DNA from: Thecamonas trahens ATCC 50062
Lineage: Eukaryota > Protista > Apusomonadida
Direction: 5' to 3'
Assembly: GCF_000142905.1 (NCBI RefSeq)
Contig: NW_013657609.1
Coordinates: forward strand, 67,185 to 131,184
Length of the DNA stretch: 64,000 nucleotides
The position numbers and the translations under genes are program-made. Shown here in pieces: positions 1 through 10,300 of this stretch (positions are counted from its first letter, which is position 1; every line of letters begins with the position of its first letter). The notes beneath the pieces were generated by a model, which saw nothing but the letters and a program-made list of their open reading frames with translations, was not told where the DNA came from and ran no database searches.

Positions 1-16
1 CGCCAAACCGCAAGTC

Positions 17-1702
17 ATGCGCCCGACGACCGTCCTCACGGCGACACTCGCTGTTGCACTCCTTGCCACGGCTGCGTGGGGCGCCACCACCGCGCCTCCC
101 CCGCAGACCAACCTCCGCCCCACCATTGGCATTCTCTCGCAGCCGACCTTTGGCACCCTCGCCAACTGGGGTACGTCAGCCACGCCTTCCCCTCCCCCCC
201 CTTCCCCCCTCCCCCCCCCTCCCCCCCCCCCTTTCGCCGCTTGTGACACTCCTGTGCTGATCGTGATCACAGCGAGTGATCACCATTGTGATCATCATCA
301 TGGTGATGGCCGTTGTGGTCAGGCACGCCACGGCCCACCCACAGGGCATGACATGGTGATGTCTGTGATGGTGATGTGTGTGATGGTGATGGCCATCGTA
401 TGTGTGGTGATGGTCTCGCCCATGGTGATGGCCATCGTATGTGTGGTGATAGCCATGCCCATGGTGATGGCCATCGTATGTGTGGTGATGGTCTCGCCCA
501 TGGTGATGGCCATCGTATGTGTGGTGTTGCAAATCAATATTGATAGTCATCATCATGGTGATGGCCGTTGTGGTCAGGCACGCCACGGCCCACCCACAGG
601 GCATGACATGGTGATGTCTGTGATGGTGATGTGTGTGATGGTGATGGCCATCGTATGTGTGGTGATGGTCTCGCCCATGGTGATGGCCATCGTATGTGTG
701 GTGATAGCCATGCCCATGGTGATGGCCATCGTATGTGTGGTGATGGTCTCGCCCATGGTGATGGCCATCGTATGTGTGGTGATGGTCACGCCCATGGTGA
801 TGGCCATCGTATGTGTGGTGATAGCCATGCGCATCATATGATGACGTCCACACTCATCCCCTCCCTCCCTCCCCCCCTTCCACCCACCCACAGGCAAGCA
901 GTACATCGCAGCATCGTACATCAAGTACGTGGAGGGCGCCGGAGCGCAGGCGGTGCCGATCCGGTACGACCTTCCCGCTGAGGAGATCACCGAGCTGTTC
1001 CGCTCGGTCAACGGCCTGCTCCTCCCCGGTGGCGGCGTTGAGCTCGGCGACAACAAGTACACCCAGACTCTGTTCCAGCTCCTCGACCTGGCGGTGGCGG
1101 CCAACAAGGCCGGCGACTTCTTCCCGGTCCACGGCACCTGCTTCGGCTTCCAGGAGATCGCCATGTACGTGGCCAACGACCTCAACCTGCTGATCAACAC
1201 CGACTCGGAGAACCTGACCCTCCCGCTCGAGTTTACTCACGCTGCGGCGTCGTCGGCTATGTTCGGCGATGCGCCGGCGGAGATCATGGACATTCTCGCC
1301 AAGCAGCCGGTGACCATGAACAACCACCACTATTCGCTCTCGCCGGCCGGCTTTGCTGCCTCGTCCAACCTCACAGCCTTCTTCAACGTCCTCTCCACCA
1401 ACGTCGACCGCAACGGCATTGAGTTCATCTCCACCATGGAGGCCAAGGACATGCCCATCACCGCCACCCAGTGGCACCCGGAGAAGCCGCTCTACGAGTG
1501 GGACCCGGTCGAGGTCATCAACCACTCGTCCGACGCGGTCAAGGCCATGCAGTTTACCGCGCAGGCCTTTGTCTCCAATTCGCGCTCCAACTCGCACACC
1601 TTTGCCTCGCAGACCGCCGAGAACAAGGCTCTCATCTATAACTTCAATCCGGTCTACACCGAGCAGGCTGTCAACTCGTTTGATCAGTGCTACTTTTGGT
1701 GA
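17..1702 (+). CDS. GGH: Gamma-glutamyl hydrolase (peptidase C26) with signal peptide; exons 17-170 and 894-1702
   Basis: Signal peptide, then RPTIGILSQP. A phase-1 intron (GTACGT at 171, CAG at 893) joins to YIAASYIKYVEGAGA. Also NGLLLPGGG, catalytic GTCFGF and QWHPEK. Confidence 0.95.
293..835. repeat. Intronic nested tandem repeat: 39-bp units inside a ~255-bp duplication
   Basis: catcatcatggtgatggccgttg occurs at 293 and 548; the unit gcccatggtgatggccatcgtatgtgtggtgatggtctc recurs. Confidence 0.9.
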
Positions 1703-1752
1703 GCGCACTGCCGCTGACCTTGCGAAAAAGGGGGTAAACAAGCGTGCGTGTT

Positions 1753-3187
1753 TTACGACTGGTACAGTTCGGCATCCTCGTCGTCGTCGGCGTCCTCGAC
1801 CGCCCCGTCCTGCGGCGGCGCGTCGTCGTCGGCGTCATTGTCGGCGTTGGGCGCGGCTTCGGCGTCCGCGTCAGCCGCCGGCGCCTCGGCCGGCTGCATC
1901 TCCATCAGCGACGCCTGGATGGCGGCCTGAAGCTCGGCGTCCTCGCCCGAGCCAAAGTCGCCGGCGGCAAAGGGCGAGGCGGCAAAGGCGTCGGCGCCAG
2001 GGCCCGGCCCAGCGCCCGGCGCTGCACCGCCCGATGCACCCAGCGCCGACGAGAGCGCCGAGCGGAAGGCCGAGTCCATGTTGCCGCCGCCACCGCCACT
2101 GCCCGACGACGCAGTCCGGGTCGGCGGACGCGGCCCACCAGCACCACCGGCGCGCGCGGCCTGCGCCTCCATCATCAGCCGCTGCAGCTGGGCCCGCTGC
2201 GCCGGAGTGGCGGTGCCGGTGGCTGCGGCCGTGAGCAGCGAGCGGACCGAGTCCTCGTCCATGCCGCCGAGGCCGTCCGCGGCCGGGCCTGTGGCCGCCG
2301 ATGGGTTGGCCAGCACCTCGTTGGCCCGCTTGAACAGGTCCTCGTCGTCTTCGGCCTTGGGCTCCTGCATCCAGAACAGCATTTTGCGGCCCGACGAGAA
2401 GCGGAGCAGGTACACCCGCCCCGTCGTGCACGCCTCGATCTTGGAGAACGACGCGTCGCCCGGGAAGATGATCAGATCGTCCACCGTCGTGTTCAGCTCA
2501 CGGTTCGTCCAGCGCAGGTGCAGGATCGAGTCTTCGTCCATCACCAGCTCGACCTTGCCCTTGGCCGCCACGGGCGTCACCACCCGTCCGTCGTACTCGC
2601 ACTTGCCCGCGCGGAACGACACCAGCGCGCCATCCGACGCCTCTTGCTGCACCCACCCAGAGTTGGCCCAACAGTGTCGTCCCCAATGATATATGACCAT
2701 CCCCGCCATTGATCGTTCCCGGCATCGATCGTTACCGGCATTGATGGTCCCCGTCCCGTCATCAACCATTGTCCCAACCATCATGTCGTGCCATTGTTCG
2801 TTCCATCGTTCGTTAATCGTTGCCACCGATTCCCTTCCATTCCATGCGCCTTGCTCTCCCCACCCCCCCCACCCCCAGCCATTCCCGCCCACGCCCATCC
2901 CCATCCCACCAAGGAACACACCAGCCATCCCCCTTCCCCATCCCCCCTCCCGTCCCCTTTCCCCCTCTCTCCCCCTCCCCTCCCCCCCCCCTACACAGGT
3001 CGCACAGGTCGCACAGGTCGCACAGGTCGCACAGGTCGCACAGGTCGCACAGGTCGCACACCCGCCCACCCGCCCACCCGCCCACCCACCCAGCCACCCA
3101 GCCACCCACCCTGCCACCCACCCCGGCTCATATACATACCTCAGTCCTCCGTGCAGCACCCGCTTCAAACAGATTCACAGCAGACAT
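1753..3187 (-). CDS. RPN13: Proteasomal ubiquitin receptor Rpn13/ADRM1; exons 3187-3140 and 2646-1753
   Basis: Pru domain (LVSFRAGKC, DDLIIFPGDASF, TGRVYLLRF, FWMQEP). Exon 1 MSAVNLFEAGAARRTE is followed by a GTATGT donor; phase-0 CAG acceptor at 2649-2647. Confidence 0.92.
2994..3060. repeat. 9-bp tandem repeat (ACAGGTCGC), about 7 copies, in the Rpn13 intron
   Basis: Directly visible. Confidence 0.9.
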
Positions 3188-3364
3188 ATGGTGGATATGT
3201 ATGGATATGTGTGTGTGTGTGAGGTTGGGGGGGGGGGGAGTGCAGTGTGGTGGTGGTGGTGGTTGTGGGGTTGTGGTGGGGGGTGGGGGGGGGTGGGGTT
3301 GTGGTTGTGGTGCGTGTCTGTGTTGCCATCCGTTGGCAGCAAGGGGGGGGATGGGGGGGATGGT

Positions 3365-3570
3365 GGTGACCATCACAATGACCATGATAACGATCATGAC
3401 CACCATGATGACCATCATAACAATCATGATCACCATGATGACCATCATAACAATCATGATCACCATGATGACCATCATAACAATCATGATCACCATGATG
3501 ACCATCATAACAATGATGACCACCATGATGACCATGATAACAATCATGACCACCGTAGCGACCATCACAT
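3365..3570. repeat. Intergenic 30-bp/CAT-GAT low-complexity repeat
   Basis: caccatgatgaccatcataacaatcatgat is repeated. Confidence 0.85.
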
Positions 3571-3708
3571 TGCCATTCATGATGACAGTCATGGTCGCAT
3601 CCGTCGTGGCCATCACACAGTAGTAGTGGCTCTCTCTCTCTCTCTCTAATCCATCACCTCCGCCGATCGCTGTGTTCAATACCATCCGCCGATCGCTGAA
3701 GCGTGCGA

Positions 3709-4275
3709 CTACGCCGCGTTCGCTCGCCGATGCTCCTTGATGGCGGTGCACAACCAGCTGAAGCCGTCGTCGATGCCCTCGCCGCGCGTCGCCACGCACG
3801 GCTGGATGTAGTTGTCATTCTTCACCTCGCCAAGCCCCAGATCGGCAGACAACGCCGACGCAGTCTTGGCCGCAGGCAGATCCTGTTTGTTGGCGAGGAT
3901 AAGGACCGGGACGTGCGCCAGCTCTGGCTCGCCCAGCATCGATTCGAGCTCCTTGCGCGCCATCGCCATCCTGCTCTCATCGGCAGAGTCCACCACAAAC
4001 ACCAGCGCGTCTGCGCCCTCGATGTACCGCTTCCAGAGCTTGCGGATCGTGTATTGCCCGCCCATGTCCCACAACTGGAGCGTGAGCCCGCTGATCTTGA
4101 CGCTGTCCACCTGAAAGCCGACCGTCGGAATCGACGGCATCACCTCGCCTGACTTGAGCCACTGGTACAGTGTCGTCTTGCCTGCCCCGTCGAGCCCGAT
4201 CATCACAATCCGCGCCTCTGTCCCGGCAAACATCTCGTACACTGCCTTGAACGTCTTCGAAATAGCCAATCCCAT
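3709..4275 (-). CDS. ADP-ribosylation factor family GTPase (divergent Arf/Arl)
   Basis: N-terminal MG myristoylation start, GLDGAGKTT, PTVGF, WDMGGQ, NKQD; 188 aa. Confidence 0.93.
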   Translation of the reverse strand: MGLAISKTFKAVYEMFAGTEARIVMIGLDGAGKTTLYQWLKSGEVMPSIPTVGFQVDSVKISGLTLQLWDMGGQYTIRKLWKRYIEGADALVFVVDSADESRMAMARKELESMLGEPELAHVPVLILANKQDLPAAKTASALSADLGLGEVKNDNYIQPCVATRGEGIDDGFSWLCTAIKEHRRANAA

Positions 4276-4479
4276 GTCTTGCTCAAACGGCTCGCCTCTG
4301 ATCGCTATTGCCGCTTGCCCATCCGCCCCGCCTCCTCACCGCATTCCGTTTGGTTTTGTCGCCGCTGCCTTTAATTTTTCAGCCACCACGTCGACACCCT
4401 CGCCTGCCGTCCCATGGAAGTAATGAAGCTGACCATGGAAGCCGGCATCTCATCGGTGATCAGTTTTTGACTTGCATAT

Positions 4480-6541
4480 TCAAAACCCGCCAGGTGCATA
4501 GTTGTCGGCGCCATCGTCATGGCCATCGCCACCACCATTGCCCTGGCCTTGCTGGTGGAGCATAAACTGCTCGGCGAGGGCAGCGGCCATGGCCTCGGCA
4601 TCGGCAGCCTCGCCGCCGGCAGCTCCGGCACCGCCACCTTGAACAGCCTGCCACGGCATGAGCGAGCGGAGAAAGGCGAGCGCGGCGTTGCCATCCGTCA
4701 GATCCGGGTTGATGCCCACCTCGGAGGCTGCCGCCTCATCGACCTCGCCGGCCGGTGGGAACGGGTTGTACGCGCGGACGCCGGCTGCGAGCAGCTCGCG
4801 CGGGAGCATCCCAAGCACGTTGTCGTAGCCCGAGAGGGCCACATGCCGGCAAATCGACCGCGGCGGGCTGCCGACAAACGCAGCCTCCAGCGCCTCGGTG
4901 TTGGGCGCCGGCCCCTGCGCCCACTCGCTCACCACCCGCGCCAGCCAGCCCGTCACCGCAGGATCCGCCCACAACGACGACGCCCGCTCCACGTACAGCG
5001 TCTCCAGCATCAGCAGCGACGGCGCTGCAGGCCGCCCCGCAAAGCCCGGGTACGGATCGTAGCTCGCGCCCACTTTTCGCCCAGCACCACCGCCATGTGC
5101 GGAAACTTGTTGAGCGCAGCGAGCAGGGCCGCATCGGCGTCGGCCATGCTCGTGCTCGACGTGCCCGCCCCACCGCTCCCGGCTCCGCTGGCGAGCAGGA
5201 ACCGCGCCAGCGCCAGCGAAACGCCCAGTTCGGCAGGTCCGCCAGGTTCTTCGCCTCCAGCGCAGCCTCGAGCGCAATAAACTGGTCGTACGAGCGCGAC
5301 CGCAGCGCGTAGTAGTCGAGCATGAGCAAGACCGCGAGCGGGTCGTGCTCGAGATCGAGCTTCAGCAGCAGCTTGCACACCTCAAACGCCGTGCCTTGGC
5401 AGCCCTTGCGCGAGAGGTTGTCGATGTGCTTGAAGAGGACAAGAAACAGCCCGCGGTTGCTCCGCTCTGCGTACCGGATCCGCACGCTCTCCGAGGTCAC
5501 GTCAAACGACGCTGGCCACGCAGCCTCCAGCCCGTACAGCGCCTGCTCGATGAGCGATGTCGCCTCGGCCACCTGGCCCGAGTGGTTGAGAATGTCTGCA
5601 AGCTGCAGCAGCGTGTCCACATGCCATGGGTTTCGCTGCGCGAGGTGCACAATCGAGTTGGGGTCCATCGACGCCGCAGCCTGGTAAAAGTGCGCCTGCG
5701 CAAGCTCGTACGCTGGCGATGCCACGTATCCGTACTCGTCGAGCCCGTCTGCAAGCCGCATGTACTCGAGCGCGAGGCCCGAGTCGAGCTCGACCGGCCA
5801 GTCCTCGTCGAGGCCGACAAACAGCGACTTCTTCGCCCGTCGCTGCCGCCGCCCGCCGCGCCCGCGCCCGCCGCGACGCCGCCCGAACCGCGCCGCCTCG
5901 GCAGCCTTGTTTTCCCGCCGCGTCTTGGCCGCCGCCTTGATGGCCTCAGCGCCAAAGATCCGCCTCAGCTCGCCGTCCACGTTCAGCCGCCCTCCATTCA
6001 CCGCCACCGCCGCCCGATACGCAGCCTCTTCCGGCGCAACCTCTGCCTGCGCCTGCCGAGCCCGCTGCACATCACCATACACATCGCCATGCTTCTTGGC
6101 CACCTCGGCCAGCGCCTCATCCACCGCAGCCACACCACCCGCAGGCCCCACACGTTTCCTCTCCGCCTGCATCGCACTCTTGGTCCGCTTGCTGCTCTTG
6201 CCGCCCTTGCCCTTGCCCTTGCCCTTGCCCCTGGTCCTGCCCTTGCCCCTGTCCGTGCTCTTGCCCTTGCCGTCCGACCAGCTCCCATCCGACGCGATGT
6301 CATCGCTCTCTGCCCCGTCACCATGACCATGACCAAGACCATGACCATGACCATGATCAACATCGCCATGACCATCACCATCGCCATCGCCAGAAAGTGA
6401 CAGAGTCGTCGATGACCACGAGTCGGACCATGACCAATGCGCAGGAGGCTCACCCGAAGGCACCTCGCGGACCGAGTCCAACAGCTCCTTGTAGTACAGC
6501 GACTCATGCTCGGCACGCTCCAGCGTATGCGTAGACAACAT
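4480..6541 (-). CDS. TCF25: TCF25/Rqc1 ribosome-quality-control homolog; two apparent 1-nt frameshifts (~5220, ~5075)
   Basis: PWHVDTLLQL, NRGLFLVLFKH, KGCQGTAFEVCKLLLKLD, DPLAVLLMLDYYALRS, LPNWAF. Continues in other frames as SLALARF and LYVERASSLW. The start is the first ATG and is uncertain. Confidence 0.85.
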
Positions 6542-7394
6542 GCTCCTCCACACGACCTGCTCCCTCTCTTTCTCTCGTCTCTCTCTGCCCTCGACACAGC
6601 AGAGTGTGGTGTGCCGTCGCCTCTCTCTCTCTCTCTCCGTCTCGCCGTCTCTCTCTCTCTCTCGCTCATCTTCCTCGTCGCTCTCTCCTTGCTCTCCGCT
6701 CGTCGGATCATTGCGCCGATGCCTTTCGAAGCGAGTCGCCGTAGTCCCGGTGGTGCGGAGGTGATGGTGGGGGGTTTTCAATTTTTTATTGCCTGCCCCG
6801 CTCCATCATCTTCCTCCTCCCTCTCTCCCTCCTCCCATTCCCCCCTCCCTCTCTCCCTCCTCCCATTCCCCCCTCCCTCTCCCCTCCCCCCCCTCTCCCC
6901 CTCTTTTTCCTTCTTGTTTCAACGCCATTTCTCAGCTCGTACGGTTCGGTAGAGCGGTTGCCGCAACGAAATATTTCAAATTTTGCATTCCCGCTGCCTG
7001 TCACTGACTCCTTCTTCATCGTGTGCCACTCTGCAGTTCCAAGGACTCAACCATGTCCTACCAACATGATTTCTACTGCTCAGTGCCTGTACTACTTCCT
7101 TCCATTGTGCTCTTCCTCGAGACCACCACAGCTTGAGTGCCATCTGCGCAGCGGTGACTACTTGTCACTCGCCATCCACCGAGAAAAATTATCGCCTTGC
7201 GCCGCTGTCGGTAAACGCACCCATTTCGCCGCACGCCTTTCCTTGCAGCACGGCCTGCCTGGCACGCACACGGTTCGGCGCCTTCCCCACTCGTCGCAAG
7301 CACGTCAAAAGCGTCGACTAAAGCACCACAAGCGTCACGTAGCAATTGCGCCTACCTGGTCAGCCACTTTGCTCCACGCTCAGAGCCGCCCTTC

Positions 7395-10300
7395 ATGCAC
7401 CCTGTGGCGGACTCTGTGGCGAGGCGGACAGCAGTTGCTGCTGCCGTGCTCGCCCTCCTCTCAGCTTTTTCTCACGCTCGCTGCAACGTCGACTATCGGC
7501 TGCCAAACGCTGTCACCTTGTCCTCCACCTCACAGCCGTACGGAACGGCTGCAGCTGTCTTTGATGCGAGCAATGCATACCTGGATGTGGCCTTTGGTGA
7601 CTTTTCACCAACGGCATCTACGTGGTGACGAGGACGGCGAGCGGAGGTTGGAACAGTCCTGTGCTTATCGATGACTCGTTTGCCACACCGCGGCGTTTGG
7701 CGGCCGGGGATGTCGATGGTGATGGCTCGCCTGATCTCGTGGTTCCCTTCCGTGACAGCAACACCCTTGTCCTCTACAGGAACATCGGCAACGATGCCAC
7801 CTTTCCCTCCTTTGGTCCGCTCGAGGGTGTGTTCTTTGGCGATGGCGCCGAGCCGTACTCGGTGGCCATCGGTGACATCAACGGCGACTCGTTCGTTGAC
7901 GTCGTCTACACGCTGGAGCGCTTTAATCTTGTCGGCGCTTTCATGGGCACAGGCCTGGGCTCGTTGGCTTCGGTCCCAGTCAACCTCACCGACGACCTTG
8001 TTTTCCGCCCGCTTCAGGCTGTCGACATTGTCATTGCCGACATGGACCTCGATGGTGTCAACGATGTGCTCTACTCTGAGGGCTTCTCCGACCGCATCGT
8101 CGTCATTGCCGGCCGGGCAGACCTCGCCACCAACCTTCCCACCGCAGCGGCGGTTGTCGACGACTCGGCCGACACCCCGTTCTCGCTCGCGGTCGGTGAC
8201 GTCGACAAGAACGGCCTGCTCGACGTAGTCAGTACCCTCTTTGTCGACGACCGCGTCGCACTCTACTACAACCGCGGCATGCTCACCTTTTCACCGCGAG
8301 TCATCATCGCCTCCGAGATTGACGCTCCGCTCAGCTCAGCGCTGGTAGACCTCAACGGTGACTCGTGGCTCGACGTCGTCTTTTCCGCCTCCAACTCGGA
8401 TTTCGTCCGCTGGATCCCGGGCGACGGATCGGGAACATACACTGCCTCCCCGCAGCGGATCGATGACGCACTCGACGGTGCACGCGGCCTCATTGCCGAA
8501 GACTTTGACGGCGACGGCCGCATTGATGTCGTCGCCGCGGGCTTTTTTGACGGCAACCTCAAGCTGTACCATTTTAACGACTCGGCCTCGCCCTTCCCCG
8601 AAGGCCGGCGGTTGATCTCCAACACCGCCAATGGCGCCCGCGGCATCGACGCTGCAGACTTTAATGGTGATGGTTTTACCGACATCGTCTCAGCCTCGGC
8701 CTTTGACCACTCGATTACCGTCTACGTCGGCGACGGGTCGGGCTTTCACCTTGGCAACGACGTCGTTGTTACCTCGACCTTTTCCGGCTCCGAGTCGGCC
8801 GTTGCTGGCGACTACAACAACGACGGCTGGGTCGACGTCGCCGGCTGTGCCGGTATCAGCGGGCTCGTTGCCTGGTGGCCCAACGTCGGCGCCGGTACGT
8901 GGGCCGCCACGCCTGTCTCGGTCGGCACCTGCGCCGGGGCCATGAAGATGACCGGCGGCGACTTTAACAACGACGGCTTGCCCGACCTGGTCGTTGGCTG
9001 CCCCGATGAGGCCTCGCCTTCGATCAAGGTCTTCCTCAACGTCAACAACGGCGCTAGCTGGACCGAAATCGTGGTATTTTCCGTCGCCTCGTCCATCGCC
9101 AACATGGACACCGCCGTCGGCGATGTCGACAACGACGGCTTTGTCGACGTGCTCTTTGTGGCCTCTTCGGTGAGGCTCGTCGGCTGGGCGCGTAACAACG
9201 GCGGGACCGGGTTCGACCCACCGCTGGCCGTCGACGTCCTCAGCACCGGTTTTACCGTCTCTGCTACGCTGTGCGACGTCGACTCGGACGGAGACCTCGA
9301 TGTCATCTCGAGCGTCTCCAACGGCCCGAGCTCGGCCATCACTGTCTACCACCAGACAACCCCAGGCACGTTTGAGAGCGTGCCGACAGACCTCGGCGGC
9401 TCGTTCGACCTTCCGTACTCTGTGGCGTGCGCCGACGCGTCGGGCGACGGTCGGCCAGACATTGCTGTCGCCTCGTACTCGACCGACGAGATCTCGTGGT
9501 TCCGCAACCGTGGCGACGGCTCGTTCTTTGGACAGGACGTGCTGACGACGTTCAATGAGGGCGCGTACCGAGTCAAGATCATTGACGTCAACAACGACGG
9601 CTTCAACGATGTGCTCTGTGCCGGCAATGAGGACTCCACCATCGAGGCCTTTGTCCACCGCCCGGTGGTGACCGGCGAGGCCGTCCGCGCCTCGCTTCCG
9701 CAGCTCGCGCCGGGCGTCCCATACTCGCTGCACCACGTCCACTACGCGCTCAACACGGCGTCGCGGTGCGTGGCGCAGCGGATCGAGCTCCCGGCGGATG
9801 TGACGGTAGGCCAGTGCTCGCCGACGAGCCACTACGTGGTGCCTGCCGACGTGGTGTGGACGGTGGCCGGCCCACCAGGCGCTGCGCCAGCCAGCCGGCC
9901 GCGACTCGATTGCGGTACCGCTGGCGGCGTGTTGTTTGAAGTCACGGCGAGTGGCTCTCTGACACTCGCAGATCTGACGCTCCGCGGAGCGAGCGTCGGC
10001 TCGGCGGCGTCGGCTGTGACTGGGCTGCGGGTTGCCGGCTCGCGGGCGCGGCTCACGCTCGTCAACGCCACGGTCGAGGGCTTTTCGTCGGCGCAGGCGA
10101 CCGAGCTGCAGTTTTTCTCGGGCCTTGGCGGCGCGGTGTCTGTGCTCGACGGCGGCACGCTGACGGCGAGGGCGACGACGTTCTCGGGCAACACGGCCAA
10201 GTCGCTCGGAGGCGCGGTGGCGCTCATCTCTGCGGGCGCTTCAGCGACTTTGACTGATGTGGTGCTGGAGAACAATGTGGCTTTGGCGACCGGTGGCGGC

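Noticed and set aside
176-853. His-rich and Met/Val-rich ORFs here and at 3128-3799, 14434-14875, 15496-15943, 24854-25463, 48287-48796 and 53516-54235
   Set aside because: They are translations of triplet-like repeats in introns or intergenic DNA. The flanking real genes splice cleanly around them.
3174-3189. Rpn13 and the RING-TRAF gene (25500) both start atATGTCTGCTGTG
   Set aside because: A 14-nt match with no further similarity; not enough to claim a shared leader or exon.
5070-5225. Programmed frameshifting as autoregulation of TCF25/Rqc1
   Set aside because: Identical one-base losses occur in unrelated genes across the window and there is no canonical slippery heptamer, so sequencing error is more parsimonious.
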